A stretch of DNA of 64,000 nt from an uncultured Acidimicrobiales bacterium (GTDB taxonomy: Bacteria; Actinomycetota; Acidimicrobiia; Acidimicrobiales; DATKAS01). Position numbers and translations under genes: made by a program. Of this stretch, positions 56,911 to 64,000 are shown in pieces (within the stretch, counting starts at the first letter, position 1; the number at the start of each line of letters is the position of its first letter). The stretch lies in NCBI GenBank assembly GCA_963747215.1, contig CAVVET010000029.1, positions 320,115 through 384,114 of the forward strand, in the 5' to 3' direction. The notes under the pieces were generated by a model. That model searched no databases. It worked only from the letters and a program-made list of their open reading frames with translations, and had not been told where the DNA came from.

Positions 56911-57675
56911 GTGACTGGGGGTACGGGGGTTCTCCGTCGGCGCGTCGCCATCGTCGGCGCGGCGCTGCCGTTGCTTCTCGTGCTCGCGGCCTGCGGCGAC
57001 GACTCATCGGGCGAGGCCACGAACATCATCGAAGCCGGCCAGGTGAACATCCAGCTGCCCGACGGGTACGTGCTGTCCCGGCCCGGCGACGAGCCCGCCG
57101 CACCCGCCGACGAGCCCGCGGCGGCACCGGGCGAAGGCGAGGCTGCAGCGGCCGCGCCTCCGGGCCAACCGGTGGCAGCGGGCGCGGCGACCACGGCGGC
57201 GACCGACGACACCATTCCCCTCGCCGAGGACGACCCGGTGACGAAGCTCTTCAGCGCCTTCTCCGAGTTCCGCTCGTGCCTCAAGGCCGACGGCGTCGAG
57301 TTCATCGGCCCTCCGGACCCGAACGACCCCGAGTCACCGACGAACGATCCTGCCTACGTGAAGGTGCTGAGCACCTGCGCCGCCCGCAGCAACATCCTCC
57401 AGGCCTTGCAAGAGGTGCAGGCGGCCCAGGCGGACCTCACGCCCGAGGAGATCGAGGCGCAGAACGAGGGCTACCTCGTCTGGCGCGACTGCATGATCGA
57501 CCGAGGGTGGAAGATCCCCGAACCGGTTCCCGACGCGGACGGACGACTGCTCTCGTTCGGCGGCAGCAACACGCCTCAGATCGAAGGTCCCGCGGGCGAG
57601 GACCCGTTCGACAGTCCTGACTTCTCAGAGTGCGGTGCCGAGGCCCAGCGCGAGGTGGAGGCCGCGGGCGACTGA
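56911..57675 (+). CDS. secreted lipoprotein, unknown function
   Basis: Signal plus lipobox LLLVLAACGDD, a Pro/Ala/Glu-rich linker, and a C-terminal domain with four Cys (FRSCLKADG, LSTCAARS, WRDCMIDRGW, FSECGAEA). The stop overlaps the adaptor ATG. Confidence 0.6.
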   Translation: MTGGTGVLRRRVAIVGAALPLLLVLAACGDDSSGEATNIIEAGQVNIQLPDGYVLSRPGDEPAAPADEPAAAPGEGEAAAAAPPGQPVAAGAATTAATDDTIPLAEDDPVTKLFSAFSEFRSCLKADGVEFIGPPDPNDPESPTNDPAYVKVLSTCAARSNILQALQEVQAAQADLTPEEIEAQNEGYLVWRDCMIDRGWKIPEPVPDADGRLLSFGGSNTPQIEGPAGEDPFDSPDFSECGAEAQREVEAAGD

Positions 57676-60114
57676 TGAAGGCATCTTCGAAGAAGTGGAT
57701 CGGCGCGGGCGCCGTCGTCGCGCTCGGTGTCGTCGGGATCATCGCGCTCACCACCAGCGGCAGCGACGGCGCCGAGGACAACGATCTGATCATCACCGCG
57801 GCAGTGGAGCGTCAGACCTTGGTCGACGAGGTCGCGCTCAGCGGCACACTCGGCCGCGTCGAGCAGCGTCAGGTGAACGCGGCGTCCGAAGGCCGCATCA
57901 GCCGCGTGTTCCTCGACGACGGCGTCGAGGTCGCAGCCGACCAGGCCGTCCTCGCGGTCGACGGACGTCAGGCCGTCGCGGTGCCGGGCGAGTTCTCCTT
58001 CTACCGCTCGCTCGACGTCGGAGCAGAGGGCCCCGACGTTCGCCAGCTCGAGCAGATCCTCGCGGCCGCTGGGTACAGCCCGGGCTCCGTCGACACTCTG
58101 TACACAGAGCAGACCCGCTTCGCGCTCGCGCAATGGCAAGCGGCCCACGAATATCCGGGCGCAAGCGAACAGACGGCGAAGACGGTCACGGTCAGCCTGC
58201 AACCGAGTGCGAGCGGCTACACGGTCGGTCCGCAGAACACCGCAGCGGTGACGATCGGGCCCGAGCTGGGCGCGCCGCAAGGTCCCGTCGGTCGGGCGCG
58301 CGGGACTCGGACCAGCCTCCGTCAGACCGGGAGCCTGCCCCGCCTGTCGATACGCTCTGTGAGCAACCGGACCGTCGAAGGCACGCCGGCATCGTTCGTG
58401 GTCGAGGTCGACAGCGACACCACGAGCCCGATCGAATTCACGATCGAGATCGGCAGCAGCGCCACAGCTGACGATGTCATCGCACCCGTCGGGAACATCA
58501 CCATCCCGGCCGGCGCCCGGCAGTACTCACTCCAGATCCCGACTGTGGCGGACGGCGCGGCCGAGGGCGACGAGGAGCTGCTCGTGCGGCTCGTCGACGG
58601 CGCCAGCTACGACGTCGGCGATCCGGCTTCGGCCAGCACGCTCATCACGTCGGGCGACCTCCCCGAGGTCTCGATCACGGGTGGGGCCGTCGTCAACGAG
58701 GGCGGCACAGTCAAGCTCGCCCTGAGCGGTGGAGACGCCGGCGGAGACGTGCAGGTCGCGCTCACGATCACCGGCACCGCCACAGCGGCCACCGACTTCA
58801 TCCCGATCACGCCGGTCGTGACGCTGGACAACGGCACCAGCGCGACCTTCGACGTCACGACACTGACCGACACCATCATCGAGCCCGACGAGACGATCAT
58901 CGTGTCGATCGCGCAGTCTCCGAACTACAAGGTGGCGAAGATCTCGAGTGCGGTCATCACGATCAAGGGCGCGTCGGGTGACGCGGCGAAGCCCACGTTC
59001 ACGCTGACACCGCTGACGACGAACGTCACCGAAGGCAATCCCGTGCAGCTCAGCCTGAGCGCGAGCGCCTCGGTTGCCGTTGACGTCGAGCTGTTCCTGC
59101 AACTGAGCGGCTCCGCGAGCACCGGCATCGACTACCTGCGCCCGGCCGGACGGCTCGTCGTCCCTGCTGGCCAATCGTCGACTCACCGTCTCGGTGCCCA
59201 CGGTGCAGGACGAGGCCGTCGAGCCCGACGAGGTGATCTCTGTCTTCCTCGCGCCGAGCGACCGATATCTGATCGGCAACCCCGCGGGCGGCAATATCAC
59301 GCTCGAATCCGAGGACCTACCCGAGCTGCAGCTCATGGGGGGCACGAGTCGGGTGGTGGGTGGTTCGGCGAGCCGGCTGACGATCGTCGCTGATCAGGCC
59401 CCGGCCCAGGACACGACGGTGAACTACAGCGTGCAGGGCAGCGCGCAGCCGGGACAGGACTTCCGGCCACTCACTGGCACCACCATCCTGCGTGCGGGGC
59501 AAACATCGGTCGGCGTCGCCGTCGTGACGGTCGACGAGACCGTGGTGTTCCATCCCACCGACATGATCGTCGGCACCTGGCCGACGCGGCTCGGGCAGGT
59601 GCTCGTCGACGAGGGCCAGTTCGTCCCGACGGGTACGCCGCTGCTGTCGCTCACCGAGACGGGCTTCACCGTCACGCTGTCCGCGTCGGCGTCCGACCGC
59701 ACGAAGCTCGAGGTCGGCCAGGCGGTCACCGTCTCGTTGGTCGGGAGCACCGAGACCGCGCCGGGCGTGATCTCCGAGCTCGACGAGAGCGCAACCGTCG
59801 ACGCCGAGACCGGGCAGCAGAGCTATGAGGGCAAGGTCGAGCTGAGCGGTGACCTCGGCGCCGCCGACGGGGCACTCGTCAGCATCGACGTCGTCATCGA
59901 GGAGCACGTCGATGTGCTCACCGTGCCGATCGCGGCCGTGAAGCAAAACGGCCAAGGCCAAGATGTCGTTCGGGTGATCGACATCGAGGGCGGCGGGAAG
60001 GTGACCGAGGTGCCGGTCGAGACGGGCCTCAGCGAGGGCAGCTTCATCGAGATCACGAGCGGCCTGGAGGGTGACGAGGTCGTGATCGTCGAAGTCGACA
60101 CGCCGGCGACGTGA
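57675..60114 (+). CDS. HlyD/MacA-type periplasmic adaptor carrying a peptidoglycan-binding domain and four Calx-beta-like repeats; one frame change
   Basis: TM WIGAGAVVALGVVGIIAL. Lipoyl-like VALSGTLGRVEQRQVNAASEGRISRVFLDDGVEVAADQAVLAVDG. PG_binding_1-like GPDVRQLEQILAAAGYSPGSVDTLYTEQTRFALAQWQ. Four repeats of the form G(S/T)A....D(F/Y/V)......(V/I).(I/L/V)PAG......(V/I)....D...E.DE. C-terminal adaptor barrel VGQAVTVSL...LTVPIAAVKQNGQGQDVVRVI. Frame change at ~59173 joins ORFs 57630..59393 and 59194..60114. Confidence 0.75.
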
Positions 60115-60818
60115 CCGCCCGACGCAACCTCCTCGAGCTCGAAGGTGTGACCCGCACCTACGGCACCGAGGTCAAGGTGCATGCGCTGCGCGACGTGTCG
60201 CTCACCATCGCAGCCGGCGACTTCGTGTCGATCGTCGGTCCCTCCGGATCGGGCAAGTCGACGATGCTCGGCCTCCTCGGGTGCCTCGACCTGCCGAGCG
60301 AGGGGGTCATCCGCGTCGGCGGCGTCGATGTCACGACGCTCGACGACGCCGACCGGTCGAAGCTCCGGGGCGACTCGATCGGCTTCGTCTTCCAGCAGTT
60401 CCACCTCATCCCCCACCTGACCGCACTCGGGAACGTGGAGACCGCGCTGCTCTATCGGGACATGAAGCCCTCCGCACGACGAGAGAAGGCCAAGTTCGCG
60501 CTGCAGCAGGTCGGCTTGGCCGAGCGCGCTCATCACCGTCCTGTCCAGATGTCGGGCGGTGAGCAGCAGCGCGTGGCGATCGCACGCGCCATCGTCACCG
60601 ATCCGCTGATGGTGCTCGCCGACGAGCCGACCGGAGCGCTCGACACCAAGAACGCGGCGAACGTCATGGACATCTTCCGCGCGCTGCAATCGCCCGAGCG
60701 GGCGGTGGTGATCGTCACCCACGACATGGGTGTCGCGGATGCGGCCGAACGCCGCGTCTCGATGCGCGACGGTCAGGTCGTCGGCGACGAGCGCCGTCCC
60801 CCTCCGTTGGCCCCATGA
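60111..60818 (+). CDS. ABC transporter ATP-binding protein (MacB/LolD type)
   Basis: [47 protein letters not shown]. The start overlaps the adaptor stop. Confidence 0.92.
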   Translation: MTARRNLLELEGVTRTYGTEVKVHALRDVSLTIAAGDFVSIVGPSGSGKSTMLGLLGCLDLPSEGVIRVGGVDVTTLDDADRSKLRGDSIGFVFQQFHLIPHLTALGNVETALLYRDMKPSARREKAKFALQQVGLAERAHHRPVQMSGGEQQRVAIARAIVTDPLMVLADEPTGALDTKNAANVMDIFRALQSPERAVVIVTHDMGVADAAERRVSMRDGQVVGDERRPPPLAP

Positions 60819-61999
60819 GGGACCTGCGGGATCTCCTCGGCGTCGCGTGGTCGGGCCTCTCGTCGCGCGTCGTGCGCACCGTCCTCATCATGTTGGGGCC
60901 GATCGTCGGCGTCGCCGCGATGGTCGGCGCGGTCGGTCTCACCGAGAGCGCGAAGGGCGACCTGAAGCAGAAGCTGTCGGAGCTCGGAACGACGCTGATC
61001 GTCGCCACCGCTGGTGGATCGTTCGGCGACCAGAGCCCGACGCTTCCCACCGATGTCGTCGATCGGGTCAGTGCTGTCGGATCGGTCACGAGCGCGTCCG
61101 CGGTCGCGGAGATCGAAGGCGTCGTCTCGGTGCCGCACGAAGGCGCGAGCGACTTCTTCCAGGCGATACCCGTCCCGGTGCTCGCCGCGGACACGAACCT
61201 TCCCGGGGTGCTCGAGGTGCCGGTGATCGCCGGTCGATGGTTCGACAATGCCGACATCGAGGGCGCCAGCCGACCGGCGGTGATCGGCACGGGCCTCGCG
61301 CAGCAGTACGGCTACCTGCCGGGCGAGATCCGCACGATCCGCCTCAACGGGGTCGACTTCGGCGTCGTTGGTGTGCTCGGCAACGTCGACCTCGACCCCG
61401 GGCTCGAGAACGCGGTGTTCATCACGCTCGCCGACGCCGAGAACGACTTCGGCACCGAGGGCGAGCCGACCAAGGTGTACATCCGCAGCGAGGACGGCAC
61501 CACGCCTCGTACGGCGACGATGATCCCCACTGCGATCTCCCTCGGCGGCACCGACGAAGTCGCCGTCGAGGTGCCGAGCGACGCGCTCAAGGCGAGCGCG
61601 CAAGCGGACAAGACGCTGCAGCAAACGGCGCTCTTCGCGGGCTTGCTCGCCCTCGCAGTCGGCGGCCTCGGGATCGCGAACGTGATGTCGATCTCGGTCA
61701 TCCAGCGCTCATCGGAGATCGGCATCCGCCGCGCCCTCGGTCACACCCGCAGCACGATCGCGGCCCAGTTCCTGCTCGAGGCGCTGTTCGTCGGTCTTCT
61801 CGGCGGGCTCATCGGTGCGGGCCTCGGCGTGTTGATCGTCAACCTGATCTCGTCGTTGGCGGACTGGGTCGTGGTGATCGACTACGGCCAGATGCCGCTG
61901 TGGATCGGGCTCGCCGTCGCGGTCTCGATCGTCGCGGGTCTGTATCCGTCCGTGAAGGCGGCTCGCCTCGAGCCGCTGGAGACGCTGCGCCTCGGCTGA
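60815..61999 (+). CDS. ABC transporter permease (FtsX/MacB type)
   Basis: N-terminal TM, about 200-aa extracytoplasmic domain, and a C-terminal FtsX block GGLGIANVMSISVIQRSSEIGIRRALGHTRSTIAAQFLLEALFVGLLGG. ATGA overlap with the ATPase gene. Confidence 0.9.
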   Translation: MRDLRDLLGVAWSGLSSRVVRTVLIMLGPIVGVAAMVGAVGLTESAKGDLKQKLSELGTTLIVATAGGSFGDQSPTLPTDVVDRVSAVGSVTSASAVAEIEGVVSVPHEGASDFFQAIPVPVLAADTNLPGVLEVPVIAGRWFDNADIEGASRPAVIGTGLAQQYGYLPGEIRTIRLNGVDFGVVGVLGNVDLDPGLENAVFITLADAENDFGTEGEPTKVYIRSEDGTTPRTATMIPTAISLGGTDEVAVEVPSDALKASAQADKTLQQTALFAGLLALAVGGLGIANVMSISVIQRSSEIGIRRALGHTRSTIAAQFLLEALFVGLLGGLIGAGLGVLIVNLISSLADWVVVIDYGQMPLWIGLAVAVSIVAGLYPSVKAARLEPLETLRLG

Positions 62000-62028
62000 C
62001 CGCTGGTGGTGCCGTCACCGTCACTTTC

Positions 62029-62057
62029 TTGATGCCCGCAAGCAATGGTCATACTCT
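62029..62057 (+). promoter_or_regulatory. sigma-70-like promoter candidate
   Basis: TTGATG (62029-62034), 17-nt spacer, TACTCT (62052-62057), 130 nt upstream of the nitroreductase ATG. Confidence 0.3.
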
Positions 62058-62104
62058 CGGCACCGGTGCCTCCATCGCACCCACCACACCGGGGGCTCCG
62101 ACGT

Positions 62105-62142
62105 GGGTCGCCGCTCACCCCACCCCAAACGAGCGGCGACCC
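62105..62142. terminator. strong GC hairpin (terminator or leader structure)
   Basis: Perfect 12-bp stem GGGTCGCCGCTC / GAGCGGCGACCC with a 14-nt C/A-rich loop. No U-tract follows on the + strand. Confidence 0.45.
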
Positions 62143-62186
62143 ACGAACCCCGGTCTGATTTCCTCCCGGTGTGATTTGCTGCGGGG

Positions 62187-62777
62187 ATGGACACGCTCGC
62201 GGCAATCGAACTCCGACGGTCGACCGGTCGGCTGTCCGAGCCGGCGCCGACCGACGCGCAGCTCACCACGATGCTCGACGCGGCATCGTGCGCTCCCGAT
62301 CACGGCACGCTTCGTCCGTGGCGGTTCATCGTTCTCGAAGGTGAGCCCAAGGTGGAGTTCGGCGACGTGCTCGCCCGCGCGTACACGGAGCGGTGCCGCG
62401 CAGAGGGTGCCGAGGTCGTCCCCGCGAAGCTCGAGAAGGAACGGACGAAGCTCGGACGCGCGCCGATGGTGGTCATCGTCGCCACGGTGCCGGTGAGCGG
62501 TTCGATCCCGACGATCGAACAGGTGAGCGCGACCGCCGCCGCCACCCAGAACCTTCTGCTCGCCGCGACCGCGCTCGGTCTCGGCTCGATGTGGCGGACG
62601 GGCGACCCCTGTTACGACCCGATGGTGAAGACAGCGCTCGACTTGCCCGAGGAAGCGTTGCTGATCGGCTTCGTGTATCTGGGCACGGTTCCCGACGCCG
62701 CGACGACCGCCGAACGTCCCGCGCGGTCCGCAGCGGACCACGTCCGCCGTCTCAACGCAGGTGCGCGACCTCGTTGA
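62187..62777 (+). CDS. nitroreductase family protein
   Basis: RRSTGRLSEPAP..., APDHGTLRPWRF, ATQNLLLAATALGLGSMW: the usual nitroreductase blocks. Confidence 0.82.
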   Translation: MDTLAAIELRRSTGRLSEPAPTDAQLTTMLDAASCAPDHGTLRPWRFIVLEGEPKVEFGDVLARAYTERCRAEGAEVVPAKLEKERTKLGRAPMVVIVATVPVSGSIPTIEQVSATAAATQNLLLAATALGLGSMWRTGDPCYDPMVKTALDLPEEALLIGFVYLGTVPDAATTAERPARSAADHVRRLNAGARPR

Positions 62778-63321
62778 AGCTGCGCAGCACCGGTCCCGCG
62801 GGCCTGATGGAGATGCGGGTGATCGACGCGGGGTCGAGATGCGAGCGCCACGCCACTTCCGGACCGACGCCGAGTGCCCACGCCAGAGCCGCTTTCACCG
62901 GCGACACATGGCTGACCACAACCACCGTGCGTTCCCGCGCGTCGTCACACAGGTCTTCACACGCCGCGTGCACGCGCGCCGTCAGCTCGGCGATCGATTC
63001 ACCTCCCGGCGGAGCGAACGTGGGGTCGCTTCGCCACTTCGCCCACGTCGCCTCGCCGAGCTGCGCGGGCGCAAGCCCGTCGAACTCGCCGTAGTCGAGC
63101 TCGGCCCATCGCTCGTCGATCTCGACCGGCGCGCCGAATGCGGCCGCCGTCTCCCGAGCGCGTTGGAGCGGGCTCGAGACGACGCGATCGGCATGTCCCA
63201 CCTCCGCGGCCAACCGACCGGCCTGCTCGATCCCGAGCAAGTCGAGGGGCGGATCCTGTCGCCCGAGCAGCAGCCCAGCAGCGTTCGCGGCAGTGCGCCC
63301 GTGGCGCACGACGATCAGCAC
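62752..63321 (-). CDS. histidine phosphatase (phosphoglycerate-mutase-like) family protein
   Basis: LIVVRHGRTAANA (RHG motif), SSPLQRARETA, VVVVSHVSPVKA (second His). Confidence 0.85.
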   Translation of the reverse strand: MLIVVRHGRTAANAAGLLLGRQDPPLDLLGIEQAGRLAAEVGHADRVVSSPLQRARETAAAFGAPVEIDERWAELDYGEFDGLAPAQLGEATWAKWRSDPTFAPPGGESIAELTARVHAACEDLCDDARERTVVVVSHVSPVKAALAWALGVGPEVAWRSHLDPASITRISIRPAGPVLRSFNEVAHLR

Positions 63322-63324
63322 GAC

Positions 63325-64000
63325 TCAGGGACGAACCACGATGCGACCACACGGCTCGCAGTGCACGAGCGCATCCGGAGGCTCGCGTCGGATCCGCTCG
63401 CACTCCATGGCCGCGAGCGTCGTGTGACATCCGGTGCACGTCGTGCCGACGAGCTCACTCACCGCGACGCCGTCGAGCCGGGCTCGCAGCCGCTCGTACT
63501 CCTTGAGCAGCGGGTCCGCGATTGCGCCGGCTGCAGCCGCTCGCTGCACCTCGGCGTCGCGCAGCTCGGCGTCCACCGTGCTCTCGGCAGCGGTCAGCGC
63601 GGAGCGGGCGACGTCGAGGCGGCCGCTCAGGTCGCGGTGCTGCTCCTCCGAGGACGCGAGCTGGGCGGCCACGGGCTCGGCGAGCTCCATGACCTCGAGG
63701 AGCTCGTCCTCGAGCGACCGTTGGCGTCTCCGCAACGAGTCGCCCTCGTCCATGAGCGCCTGCAGCTCGCGCGGCACCGTTCCCCCGGCCAGCTTCCGGT
63801 CGACCTCCGCGCGCTTCTGCTCGACCGAGGCGACCTCGTCCTCCAGCCGCTGCTGGCTCCGGGAGAGATCGGTGTGCCGGCTCCTCAGCTTCTCGAGCTC
63901 GGCTTCGACGTCGGCGAGCGCCGCTTCGAGCGACTGCACGTCGGCGCGCTCGGACAGGTGGGCGCGACGGTGACGGAGCTGATCGAGGTGAGTGTCGGAG
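63325..64000 (-). CDS. coiled-coil plus C4 zinc-ribbon protein (COG1579-like), 5' end beyond window
   Basis: The frame stays open to nt 64000 (…LDQLRHRRAHLSERADVQSLEAAL…). Long heptad-like region, then CTGCHTTL...VHCEPCGRIVV. Confidence 0.7.
   Translation of the reverse strand, partial: SDTHLDQLRHRRAHLSERADVQSLEAALADVEAELEKLRSRHTDLSRSQQRLEDEVASVEQKRAEVDRKLAGGTVPRELQALMDEGDSLRRRQRSLEDELLEVMELAEPVAAQLASSEEQHRDLSGRLDVARSALTAAESTVDAELRDAEVQRAAAAGAIADPLLKEYERLRARLDGVAVSELVGTTCTGCHTTLAAMECERIRREPPDALVHCEPCGRIVVRP

Noticed and set aside
59170-59181. A 12-nt match (CGACTCACCGTC) to the core of the rnpB repeat, which could have been a third att copy marking an island end.
   Set aside because: It lies inside the adaptor gene, in the middle of a Calx-beta repeat that reads through on both sides (GQSSLTVSVPTVQD). 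No further similarity to the 29-mer exists, so it is most likely chance.
62011-62024. GCCGTCACCGTCAC after the ABC operon, a possible degenerate attR of the element to the right of repeat copy 2.
   Set aside because: Only 10 contiguous matching bases (14 with a 2-nt gap), and the motif is itself an internal TCAC-CG-TCAC repeat. Its expected chance occurrence in 128 kb of two-strand sequence is not negligible. It is kept only as something to test, not as a call.

Overview
High-GC (roughly 70%) chromosomal window with a clearly actinobacterial gene set: WhiB, a SARP/BTAD regulator, luciferase-like/F420-type oxidoreductases, a PimB-like GT4 and an Rv2191-like exonuclease. I can support about 60 protein genes, one RNase P RNA gene (rnpB), a few hairpins and promoter-like sites, and three short direct or tandem repeats. 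I saw no rRNA, tRNA or CRISPR array. Positions 1-28 kb are conserved housekeeping genes (glpK, ppa, queG, thrB, trpD, whiB, a glpD module). The most interesting structure starts at rnpB (28154-28532). Its last 29 nt recur exactly 3.55 kb downstream, bracketing a single giant cyclase-ATPase-TPR gene, and a decayed tyrosine-integrase remnant abuts the second copy. This is the footprint of integrative element(s) using the 3' end of RNase P RNA as attachment site. DNA to the right (32-62 kb) looks accessory. It holds small-molecule enzymes, an orphan response regulator, an ECF sigma factor, and a MalT-type NTPase with a C-terminal SARP module coupled to a membrane-tethered PGRP amidase. It also holds a MacAB-like ABC system whose adaptor carries a peptidoglycan-binding domain and four Calx-beta repeats. 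Major caveat: about 30 single-base frame changes interrupt roughly half of the genes. At 14 of the 19 junctions I worked out base by base, +/-1 in a short (2-4 nt) G/C or A run restores the frame. Many ORF-track proteins are therefore halves of one gene or contain an off-frame stretch, and I annotated the reconstructed genes. All family names come from motif recognition by eye. No database search or RNA model scan was run. Frameshift positions are +/-10 nt and start codons are often uncertain.
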